NCBI GenBank assembly: GCA_965116875.1
Contig: OZ220733.1
Location: 4,960,001 to 5,024,000 of the forward strand
DNA length: 64,000 nucleotides
Source of the DNA: Candidatus Latescibacterota bacterium
GTDB taxonomy: Bacteria > Latescibacterota > UBA2968 > GCA-2709665
Direction: 5' to 3'
Part shown: positions 9,497 to 18,045 of the stretch, piece after piece
Position numbering within the stretch: position 1 is the stretch's first letter
Layout: each line of letters opens with the position of its first letter
Notes under the pieces: generated by a model
The model's input: only the letters and a program-made list of their open reading frames with translations
Told to the model about the DNA's origin: nothing
Databases searched by the model: none
Position numbers and translations under genes: made by a program

Positions 9497-9881
9497 AGTT
9501 CCTGTCCTGACTCCCGAAACACCTTCATCACCTCGTCCCCGAGGTGTCCGAACCCTACATACGCTGTTATTGCGTTTCCGGAGAAAATCCGATATCCATC
9601 AAGAGTAGAAATGACACAAAAATACACCTCATGTCAAGCCATTCCCATACACGAACCAGAGCGCCGGTCGGGATAATACATCTCAGGTCGCCCGTTCGAA
9701 CACAGATTTATGGGAAACTCGCCCCAAGAGCAGGCGTCTAAAGTACGGGTGATGTGTCTTCCCTGCAGGTCTGCCAATGTGGTCGCGGCTGTAGACGATT
9801 CGGCGTAATGGGTGAATTTCCCACAAATATAGGCACAGACGGCCAATACGTGCACATCTTTCCAATGGATAGCCTTGAGAA

Positions 9882-11240
9882 ATGACGGACTCTGCGACAG
9901 GTCGATCAAACCTGACAAGGTCTCGGACCCCACTCCGAAGTTGGCATTCCGCATTCGTTGCCGCGATTCTGATCACCGCGCACCCCGGATGCGGAGGGGA
10001 ATCACCGGTTGACGAGGCAGCGCCTGAAAGTGAAGACCAGTCGGCCGAGGTGCTGCGGTCCGAAAAGGCGCGGAAGACCTCTCTGTCCGCATCGGACGTG
10101 AGACTGGACGATCTGGTGCGGGGGAACCGCGCGTTTGCGTTCGACCTCTACAGCACGCTGCGAGAGCAGGACGGAAACCTGTTCTATTCGCCGCACAGCA
10201 TTTCCGTGGCGCTGGCGATGATGTACGCCGGGGCGAGGGGCGAGACGGCGCGCCAGATGGAAGCCGTCCTGCGGTTCCAACTTCCCGCGGATCAGCTGCA
10301 CCCTGCGTTCAACGTCCTCGACCTCGCGCTCTCATCCCGCGGGGAAGACAGCGGCGGTCGGGATGGCGGCCAATTCCGGCTGAACATCGCCAATGCCATT
10401 TGGGGTCAGAAGGGGTTCGCGTTTCTGCCGCAATTCCTCGATACGCTGGCCGAAAACTACGGCGCCGGTATGCGGGCGGTGGACTTCGTGGAGAATCCGG
10501 AGGCGTCGCGCACGGCCATCAACGACTGGGTCGCGGAAAGGACCGAGGAAACAATCCAGGACCTGATTCCGCAGGGCGTCATCAACCGGCTGACGCGGCT
10601 GGTACTGACAAATGCCATTTATTTCAACGCCGCGTGGCACTACCCCTTCGACGAGGACCGGACCACGAGCGATCCGTTTCACCTGCTGAGCGGGGATCGA
10701 GTCAACGTGCCCATGATGCACCAGACGGAGACCTTCAACTACGCATTGCACGAGACATACCAGGTCCAGTCAGTGGAACTGCTCTATGCGGGAGAGGAGG
10801 CGTCGCTGATCATCCTCCTCCCGGCCAGGGGCAGATACGCTCAGTTCGAAAACGCGTTGAGCGCGGAACTCGTCACAGAAATTTCGAAGCGCATGAGACC
10901 CATCCGCCTCAGGCTTTCCGTGCCGTCCTTCGAGTTCACGTCCGAATTCAGGTTGGCCGAAATCCTCGACGGTATGGGCATGTCCAACGCCTTCGACCCC
11001 GAATCTGCTGATTTTTCAGGGATGGTCGGTACGAAGGAACTATATCTCTCGGCGGTCGTTCACAAGGCGTTTGTCAAGGTGGACGAACGGGGCACCGAGG
11101 CCGGCGCGGCCACGGGCGGGACGATCGGTGTCACCTCGTTGCCCCCGGCCTTCACGGCTGACCGGCCTTTTGTTTTCCTTATAAGGGACAATGCCACGGA
11201 CGCCATCCTGTTCGTCGGGCGTGTGGTGGATCCAGGGTAG
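9882..11240 (+). CDS. Serpin, probably a lipoprotein
   Basis: NLFYSPHSIS, NAIYFNAAW, hinge VDERGTEAGAAT, FTADRPFVFLIRD; hydrophobic leader ending PGC. Confidence 0.95.
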   Translation: MTDSATGRSNLTRSRTPLRSWHSAFVAAILITAHPGCGGESPVDEAAPESEDQSAEVLRSEKARKTSLSASDVRLDDLVRGNRAFAFDLYSTLREQDGNLFYSPHSISVALAMMYAGARGETARQMEAVLRFQLPADQLHPAFNVLDLALSSRGEDSGGRDGGQFRLNIANAIWGQKGFAFLPQFLDTLAENYGAGMRAVDFVENPEASRTAINDWVAERTEETIQDLIPQGVINRLTRLVLTNAIYFNAAWHYPFDEDRTTSDPFHLLSGDRVNVPMMHQTETFNYALHETYQVQSVELLYAGEEASLIILLPARGRYAQFENALSAELVTEISKRMRPIRLRLSVPSFEFTSEFRLAEILDGMGMSNAFDPESADFSGMVGTKELYLSAVVHKAFVKVDERGTEAGAATGGTIGVTSLPPAFTADRPFVFLIRDNATDAILFVGRVVDPG

Positions 11241-11280
11241 TCGGCCTTGCGCTGCCGTGAACGGGCGGAACCAACCGTGA

Positions 11281-11319
11281 AGACCCGTACGCCAGACGGC
11301 GTACGGGTCTTTTTTTTTT
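11281..11319 (+). terminator. Intrinsic terminator after the serpin
   Basis: 13-bp perfect stem AGACCCGTACGCC/GGCGTACGGGTCT followed by a T-run. Confidence 0.9.
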
Positions 11320-11350
11320 AGCAGGGAGCGCGGGATGGCGAGTATCAGAG

Positions 11351-11728
11351 TCAGGCAGGATCGGAATTGCGCTGGAAGAGCTGGAGGAGGACGTCGTTCG
11401 GGCCGTTGAAGAAGCTCAAGCGGATGTCCGTTCCTTCCGCGTCGAACGGCTCGACGGCAATGTCCACACCGGACCCCTTGAGCCCGTTCGCGCTTTCGTC
11501 GACATTGCCAACCTTGAACGAGATGTGATGGAAGCCCACGTCAGCCTGCATGGTCTTCTGCGGCATCAATTCCAGAATCATGTCGCCAGCCTTGAGAAAG
11601 ACGAAGTCCTCGTCATCCACATTCGGAAATCGCTCCACAACTCTCAGGCCCAGCGTTCGCGTATAGAAATGCACGGATCCTTCAACGTCGTCGGTCACGA
11701 GGGCGATCTTGTGGATGTGATCGATCAT
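11351..11728 (-). CDS. VOC/glyoxalase family protein
   Basis: IHKIALVTDD..SVHFYTRTLGL, FHHISFKV, FFNGPND. Confidence 0.85.
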   Translation of the reverse strand: MIDHIHKIALVTDDVEGSVHFYTRTLGLRVVERFPNVDDEDFVFLKAGDMILELMPQKTMQADVGFHHISFKVGNVDESANGLKGSGVDIAVEPFDAEGTDIRLSFFNGPNDVLLQLFQRNSDPA

Positions 11729-11807
11729 TTCATTCTCCTGTGGTTACGAGGTTCAGGATGCCATTCGCATCGTGGTATCAGATTTCGCAATCGCCGGTCG
11801 CCCAGAC

Positions 11808-12929
11808 TCAATACAACAGCTCGCGCAATCCCGGGGGAAGCGATCCACGGAGCGCCGGGTGGCGGGGCGTCAGGTCGAGAAGATCGACGCCGTAAATTTC
11901 TTCGAACGCTGAGTGGATCCTTTTTTCGTGGTCGGTCATACCCGCAAGTGGCAGGTCCACCCATTTCCCGTCCTTGCCGGCCGATTCACGGACCCCCATC
12001 AGTACTTCGATATCTTTTCGGGCGTTGTGCGCGCCATATTCCAGAGCCGTTCCGTGGACTACGGCATCGTGCAGACTGCACCAGGCCTCGGCGATGGCGA
12101 TGCTGTCTTCATCGGGAAGCGCGTAACCCGTGAGGGGACTCTCCCAGACAACCTCCGGCTGCGTTCCCACGATGGATCGAATCAATGAGCCTGTCTGCCC
12201 GCCGCCCGATCGTCTACTGATGATCGGCAGTTTCCTTTCACCGTTCTTCAGGTGTAGTTCCATACCCCGTATGGCCCCGTCAGACCCCAGTACCTCCCAG
12301 TAGTTCTTACGCTGCGTGTTGTGTTCATACGTCCCGCTGATCGTGTCCGACCAGCGTATGACACCCCGTTCTCTCACTTCCGAAGCGTCCGGAACAGTAC
12401 CTGAAACAGCACCCGGTTCTGATCCGAGAATCGACCGGATCGCGCTGATGCCGTGATATGAACCGGACGTATAGGAAACGTAGAATTCCCGGATGTTTCC
12501 AATGAGTCCGTCCCTTACGATCTTCTGTTTCAGCCTTTCACGAGGCCATCTGCGGGCGTTCTCGGAGACTTCCAGAAAAACGCCGTTACCTTCCGCGGCC
12601 CGGATCATCATGTCGGCGCAGGGCAGCGTGTGGGAGATCGGCGTTTCCGAAAGGATATGGACCTTGCGTTCAGCCAGCGTGCGGGCGATCGGGTGATGGA
12701 TTTCCGGCTGGGCCGTAATTATCGCGACGTCGAGCGTCTCCGAATCCAGCATCGACTCCAGATCCGAATACGCCCTCGCCCCGGTCTGATCGGCGACCGA
12801 TTGCGCCTTCCCCGGGTCGATATCGCACACGCCGACCAATCTGTACCTGTCGGAGAGGACCGGCAAGACGGAGAGGTGCGCCCTCGATCGGCCGCCAAGG
12901 CCAATGACCGCTGCATTCAGGATCGCCAT
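11808..12929 (-). CDS. Gfo/Idh/MocA family oxidoreductase
   Basis: Rossmann AVIGLGGR, HILSETPI (EKP-like motif). Confidence 0.85.
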   Translation of the reverse strand: MAILNAAVIGLGGRSRAHLSVLPVLSDRYRLVGVCDIDPGKAQSVADQTGARAYSDLESMLDSETLDVAIITAQPEIHHPIARTLAERKVHILSETPISHTLPCADMMIRAAEGNGVFLEVSENARRWPRERLKQKIVRDGLIGNIREFYVSYTSGSYHGISAIRSILGSEPGAVSGTVPDASEVRERGVIRWSDTISGTYEHNTQRKNYWEVLGSDGAIRGMELHLKNGERKLPIISRRSGGGQTGSLIRSIVGTQPEVVWESPLTGYALPDEDSIAIAEAWCSLHDAVVHGTALEYGAHNARKDIEVLMGVRESAGKDGKWVDLPLAGMTDHEKRIHSAFEEIYGVDLLDLTPRHPALRGSLPPGLRELLY

Positions 12930-12946
12930 CTGGACCTCTTTTGTTT

Positions 12947-13110
12947 AGAAGCTGTTTTAAAATTACCGGTGAGTTCCCGAGCGCGAGCGAAAAAGTGGCG
13001 GTCAAGGCGGGAAAACCCGGCCATATTTGTCTATACGGGCGGGTTTGATCAACGTCGACCGGCGCTTTTGCAGCCGTGCGAAGACCGCTGGGAATTTTAA
13101 GACAGCTTCT
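12947..13110 (-). mobile_element. 164-bp MITE-like element, copy 2 (inverted)
   Basis: Same length and termini as 2154-2317 with about 10 substitutions by manual comparison; TTA on both flanks if the ends are taken as GAAGC/GCTTC. Confidence 0.85.
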
Positions 13111-13389
13111 TAAAGACCCGAACTCACATGGATGGACCGGATAAACAGGAAAAATGCCAAGACCGACCAGGATTATCAGGATTGAGTAGGATTGGAAACC
13201 AGGAACAGGACCGAATGCAGGACAAATATGGATAGCCTCTGGAACTTCAACGGTCAGCGTCGATTGACGACCGATCTCCAATCCAGGGTGCCAGCAGGGC
13301 TTCCGGCCCGGAGGCAATGCCTCCCTGCAAGAGAAAAAGGCACTCGAAGAGCGCCTTGAGAAGAGTCGTGAAACACGGCAGCCGGCAGG

Positions 13390-14049
13390 TCAACGGTCCT
13401 TCGCACCCGCTTCCCTGAGAACCTCGATGACATCGGCCTTGTCACGGTACTCCGCCAGCCAGACGGCGGTCTTCCCGTTTCTTGTGACCGCGTTGACGTC
13501 GGCGCCCTCGTCCAGCAGCCGGCTCACCAAGTCCTTGTGACCCCCATAGGCTGCATAGATCAGCGGCGTCCAGCCGGACCGCGCGACCGCATTGACGTCC
13601 GCCCCAGCAGCCAGCAGGACGTGCACGACGCCCATCATTCCTGCGTCGGACGCGAACATCAGCGGAGTCCGATCGTTCAGGTCCCTGGCGTCGACGACAG
13701 CGCCCGCCTCCAGCAGGATCTCGGTGATCGTCGAATCCTTTTTGATCGCCGCTTCCATCAACGCGGTTCTGCTATAGAGGTCATCGTTGACTTCCGCGCC
13801 GGCATCCAGGAGTAGCTGCAGGACTTCAGGAACCCCCTTTTTCGCGGCTTCGATCAGCGGAGTCGTACCTGCCTTGCCTTCTTCGTTCGCGTCGGCGCCT
13901 TCGTCCAGCAGCGTCTTTACGCCCTCTTCATCCCCCTTTTTGACCATGGCAATCAGGTCCGTGTCCTCTGCGGATTTGCACGACGCAGACAATAGAAGCG
14001 CAATCAGAACCGGACCGCTTAGAATACGAAAACCCATACAGCCACCCAT
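13390..14049 (-). CDS. Ankyrin-repeat lipoprotein
   Basis: Several TPL..AA..G...V..LL..GADVN repeats; lipobox-like LSASC; start uncertain (14049 or 14037). Confidence 0.9.
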   Translation of the reverse strand: MGGCMGFRILSGPVLIALLLSASCKSAEDTDLIAMVKKGDEEGVKTLLDEGADANEEGKAGTTPLIEAAKKGVPEVLQLLLDAGAEVNDDLYSRTALMEAAIKKDSTITEILLEAGAVVDARDLNDRTPLMFASDAGMMGVVHVLLAAGADVNAVARSGWTPLIYAAYGGHKDLVSRLLDEGADVNAVTRNGKTAVWLAEYRDKADVIEVLREAGAKDR

Positions 14050-14182
14050 ATTCGAGCCACGGATTTCGCTACAAATCCGCCTTGTAGAATACGACTGACA
14101 CCGCACGAATCTCACCGAACAGTTCCGTAAACGTCATCGTAAGGGTATGTTCGGCATCGGCTTCCGGAAGTCCGCGCCGCGC

Positions 14183-14608
14183 CTACTCGCCTGACCTGGA
14201 AAAGACCAGCGTCAACGTCTGCGCCTGTCCGCCCGCCTGCACCGAAATCAGTACGGTGATCGAACTTCCGCCACCCGCCACCTGTCCTGACTGGGCGCCG
14301 CTACCTCCGTCGGGGGTGAGACTCAGACTGGCGCCGGACCTTGCGTATCCCCCGGTCTGTGAGACCCGGATAACGTCCACCGAGCCCGCGGTAACGTAGG
14401 AGGCCACAATCGAATACCGGTTTTCCGTTAACGTCATGATCCCGGAAGCGTTGGGCGGTGAAATCGCGGAACCCCCCGATGGGGTCAACCTCAAGAGGTC
14501 GTAGGATCCGGCCAGTGACTCGGAACTCGCTGGGTTATTGTCGTCGTTGTCACCGCCGCAGGTGACAAAGACGCAAATTGCAATCAGACCCAACAAAATG
14601 GGCTTCAT
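14183..14608 (-). CDS. Hypothetical lipoprotein (lipocalin-like beta barrel?)
   Basis: Signal peptide ending FVTC, LAGSYDL motif, beta-strand pattern, GGAG RBS. Confidence 0.65.
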   Translation of the reverse strand: MKPILLGLIAICVFVTCGGDNDDNNPASSESLAGSYDLLRLTPSGGSAISPPNASGIMTLTENRYSIVASYVTAGSVDVIRVSQTGGYARSGASLSLTPDGGSGAQSGQVAGGGSSITVLISVQAGGQAQTLTLVFSRSGE

Positions 14609-14818
14609 GGATGTGATCTCCTTGTGGAACCCCGATGGGGAACCCGCGTACGCGGGCGCGCCGACGAAGTACTCCGGCGTCAGATTTCAATATAAACCCG
14701 GCGCGAAAAGCGGGCAAGGGTTCTTTTCAAAGGCAACGGGTTATGCCGCCTGTACTCTCTCTTCACGTGGCCGTCCGAAAGGATCTTAACACAGCAATTT
14801 CGGGATCTTGTTTTTCTG

Positions 14819-14847
14819 TTGACATTGGAAAGGTTCTAGGTTATCGT
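14819..14847 (+). promoter_or_regulatory. Sigma70-like promoter for the HU/IHF gene
   Basis: TTGACA-N17-TATCGT. Confidence 0.55.
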
Positions 14848-14893
14848 TCCCGGGTCGAAGTCCCCGGAAACGGACCAGATCTAAGGAAAACGC

Positions 14894-15205
14894 ATGGCAA
14901 CGATCACCAAGGCTTCGCTGGCGCGGTACCTTTCGGACAACATTGGCCACCCCAAGACCAAAGCCTTGGAAGCTGTCGACGTCCTGTTCGAAGCCATGAC
15001 GTCTTCCATCTGCAACGGCAAACGGATCGAGATACGCGGCTTTGGCTCCTGGGAAGTCAAGGAGACGAAGGAAAAGACCCAGGCGCGCAATCCCAGCACG
15101 GGTGAAACGGTCTACGTGCCCGCCCGCCGGAAAGTCATGTTCAAACCCGGCAAGATTCTGAAGAGAGTGCTGTCCCGATCCCTTGAAGCGAAATCGTCGA
15201 AATAG
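14894..15205 (+). CDS. HU/IHF family DNA-binding protein (IHF-beta-like)
   Basis: RIEIRGFGSW, ARNPSTGETVYVPARRKVMFKPGK. Confidence 0.93.
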   Translation: MATITKASLARYLSDNIGHPKTKALEAVDVLFEAMTSSICNGKRIEIRGFGSWEVKETKEKTQARNPSTGETVYVPARRKVMFKPGKILKRVLSRSLEAKSSK

Positions 15206-15234
15206 ACCATCGTTTCTGCACGTCGAAACAACGT

Positions 15235-16056
15235 ATGCGATGGCGTCACAAGCTGAAGCAGTTTCGCGAAGAAGGACCGGAAAGACTCCTGATTGTCAGC
15301 GACTGGGACCGAACCCTGACCCGGTCCACGGCGGAGGACGGCAGCGACCAGTCCACCTGTTCGGTCATCGCGAACAGCGGGCTTCTCGGGCCGGCGTTCA
15401 CCCGACGTTACCAGGAACTGTTTGACCGATACCGAAACATCGAACGCGCACCCGAAATATCGGAAAGCGACAAGTCGCGTCACCTGCGCCGCTGGTGGTC
15501 ACTCCAGTTCGATCTGCTTCTGGATTTCAAACTGAATAAACGCACGATCCGCCGGATCGTCCGCGAAAATCGGCCGCACCTTCGAGACGGTGCGCGCCTT
15601 TTTTTTGATACCCTCCGCGAACGCAGGATCCCCCTCATCATTCTGTCCGCCGGTATCCGGGAGATCATCGAAGCCCGACTTGAGGAAGAAGGCGTATCCA
15701 CCGACAATATTGCCATTATGGCCAACGCGCTGGTTTTCGACCCAGGCGGTATTGCTGTGGCGTACCGGACCCCGCTGATCCACAGCCTGAATAAAAACGC
15801 ACGGCGAGTGGATTTCACACCGGAGATGGCAGGACGCCACAACCTGCTGCTTCTGGGCGACACGCTTGAGGATGCGAGGATGGCCGAAAACATCAGCCAC
15901 ACCCGCGTGCTCAGCTTCGCATTCCCTCCCGACTCCATCCACCTCCGGGAATACCATACCGCGTTCGACGTCGTACTCACGCCAGAGAGCTCTCTTGAGC
16001 CGGTGAACGCCGTGCTGAGGGAAGTCTGTGCGGCTACCCGAAACATTGACCGGTAG
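15235..16056 (+). CDS. HAD hydrolase, pyrimidine 5'-nucleotidase (UMPH-1/NT5C3)-like
   Basis: IVSDWDRTLT, WW helix, LRDG, ILSAGI, IHSLNKN, LLLGDTLEDARMAE. Confidence 0.8.
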   Translation: MRWRHKLKQFREEGPERLLIVSDWDRTLTRSTAEDGSDQSTCSVIANSGLLGPAFTRRYQELFDRYRNIERAPEISESDKSRHLRRWWSLQFDLLLDFKLNKRTIRRIVRENRPHLRDGARLFFDTLRERRIPLIILSAGIREIIEARLEEEGVSTDNIAIMANALVFDPGGIAVAYRTPLIHSLNKNARRVDFTPEMAGRHNLLLLGDTLEDARMAENISHTRVLSFAFPPDSIHLREYHTAFDVVLTPESSLEPVNAVLREVCAATRNIDR

Positions 16057-16217
16057 CGGATGGAAACACGATCAACGGCCGGCACCCTGGTGCGGTGGCG
16101 CGTGCATCCACTTGCGGGTAAACATGCGGACCGCATGGTTTACGTCCTGTTGATGCGTCGACAGAACCCGGACAGGTCATGGCGCGTGACCGGTCCGAGA
16201 AAGAAAGGAGGCGAATC

Positions 16218-16256
16218 ATGAAGGTGACTACGACGTGGAGGGCGACCGCCCGATAA
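16218..16256 (+). CDS. Putative 12-aa leader or small peptide MKVTTTWRATAR
   Basis: Strong RBS AAGGAGG 7 nt upstream; followed by alternative hairpins and a terminator. Confidence 0.45.
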   Translation: MKVTTTWRATAR

Positions 16257-16286
16257 TTGCGGTCGACGTCCCTTCGGAAAGTCGAA

Positions 16287-16327
16287 CCGGGCGCTCCCGA
16301 AAAAGGGGCGCCCGGCTTTTCTTTTTT
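16287..16327 (+). terminator. Intrinsic terminator
   Basis: CCGGGCGCTCC/GGGGCGCCCGG stem followed by CTTTTCTTTTTT. Confidence 0.85.
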
Positions 16328-16496
16328 CAATCTCGATGCGGAAATTGAGGCGTCAGTTTATTGGGCGGCAATGGCCCTGTCTGAAGCACCTATCCGTTCG
16401 GAATAGCGGATGGACTATGGGTCAACATGCATTGATAGGACGAAAACGGTCGGCACTGACGTCCGAGGCTACCCTGCCTGCTCACAAACGCTTTGC

Positions 16497-17852
16497 TCAC
16501 TCGATTCTCATCGGCATCAGCACTGCTTTGCGGTCAGGTTGGTCGCATGAAATGAATAGTAGCCCCTTCAGGGGATCGGTAAGATAAATTTCCAACATTC
16601 CCCGAGTTTCAATTCCAGAAACAACGTCACTCAGGTAGGCGTGATTTACACTGGATCTGAACGGTTCAGGACTGTCTTTCAGGTTGACCTTGCCATCCAT
16701 TGAGGTCGTGAACCGCCAGTACGGAGCGCCCGCCCACGGAGCATCGTCCGTCGACACAGGTTTATCGGCTTTCTCTCTACTGACACCATAACCCAGATCC
16801 CTTGACGTGGTCAGCGAGAGCGTCTGATGTGTATTGGATATCTGAATCTCTACCTGTGGTAGATACGTGAAGATTTCTGCCGCCGGATGCCTGGGTTCCA
16901 GATGCTCTGCAATCAGGTTCACAGCCTTTAGCAGTTCGACCGAGGATACGCGAACGAAATTGTCTCCCTTCTCAGGTATCACTGCCTCATATTTTACATA
17001 GGGTTCGTCGAGAATCGAAATTGTGTGTTCGGCATCTCCCCCAGACTTGAGGATAGCCTGCTCGTCTCCAATAGACAACGTAGCCCGCTCGGGGTGTGGC
17101 GACGGCATTTCGAGCCCGGGCCCCAGGACCACCTGCTTCTCCAGGTCCTCCGTGCCCTCGAGTGTGCGCAGCAGCAACCGCGCTCCGTCGCAACCAACAA
17201 CGCGCCCGCCGGTGTCGAGGCACACGCCCTGGAGAATAGGCCGGGATTCGTCCGTGCTCACGAACCGGGTCGCCCAATAGAGCGTCCGAAGATCCTGCGC
17301 CGTAAGATCGTACGTGTTTCCAACGGTTGTCATTTCACACATCTCCTTTCTGATCCGCTGCCTCGCCTTCTGCAGGCGGCTGCGGACGGTATTCAGTTCC
17401 AGCCCCAGTTGAGACGCGGTTTCCGCATAGGAATGGCCCCTGAAATAGTGATGTTCGATTACGTCCCGATGCGCGCCTGAAAGCCGGCGGATTGCCTGCC
17501 TGACCATCATGCGGGCTTCCCGTTCCACCTCGGATTCGTCTGCGTCGGGCTCGGCCCACTCCATGGACAGTGTCTCCTCGAATCGGATCTGGACGATCCT
17601 TCGCCGGTGCCACTTTCGCGCCGTGTTGTCGGCGATCCTTGAAAGCCACGGGCCAAAACGGCTTCCATCGCGGAGCTGACCCATGCGTCGAAACGCCAGC
17701 AGGAACACCTCCTGAACCAGGTCTTCGGCATCGTCCGGACGCCTGACGACGCGGCGGACCCTCGCGAGAACCCGTCCACCGTAGCGATCCACCAGACGGC
17801 CGAACGCCCATGCGTCTCCTGAGACCGCAAGCCGGACCAGGTCCCGATCCAT
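16497..17852 (-). CDS. ECF sigma factor fused to DnaN (beta-clamp) domain II/III-like region
   Basis: Sigma2 DAEDLVQEVFL..FGPWLSRIA; sigma4 SYAETASQLG..NTVRSRLQKAR; clamp-like STDESRPILQGV, GCDGARL, PYVKYEAVIP, NHAYLSDVV, VLMPMRI. Confidence 0.85.
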   Translation of the reverse strand: MDRDLVRLAVSGDAWAFGRLVDRYGGRVLARVRRVVRRPDDAEDLVQEVFLLAFRRMGQLRDGSRFGPWLSRIADNTARKWHRRRIVQIRFEETLSMEWAEPDADESEVEREARMMVRQAIRRLSGAHRDVIEHHYFRGHSYAETASQLGLELNTVRSRLQKARQRIRKEMCEMTTVGNTYDLTAQDLRTLYWATRFVSTDESRPILQGVCLDTGGRVVGCDGARLLLRTLEGTEDLEKQVVLGPGLEMPSPHPERATLSIGDEQAILKSGGDAEHTISILDEPYVKYEAVIPEKGDNFVRVSSVELLKAVNLIAEHLEPRHPAAEIFTYLPQVEIQISNTHQTLSLTTSRDLGYGVSREKADKPVSTDDAPWAGAPYWRFTTSMDGKVNLKDSPEPFRSSVNHAYLSDVVSGIETRGMLEIYLTDPLKGLLFISCDQPDRKAVLMPMRIE

Positions 17853-18045
17853 AAGCCTTTCCAAATTTCGCCTCCGGGAAGCGTCAAAAACCGCGCGCGT
17901 GACATGAATAAAGATGCGCATCACACCGGAAAGTATCCTGCGTATATGAAAAAAACCAGCGTCAGGTCGCCGGCTGTCACAAAAAAAACCACCCCGACAG
18001 GGACGGCGACCGGCGGTTCAACTGAGGAAAACAAAAGGAATCGCG

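Noticed and set aside
9761-9777. CCTGCAGGTCTGCCA as a possible attR copy of the tRNA 3' end
   Set aside because: Only 8 contiguous matches, which is compatible with chance.
17853-18045. Autoregulatory ECF promoter (GAAC-N16-TGTC on the minus strand)
   Set aside because: The motif is too short to support without an alignment of orthologous upstream regions.
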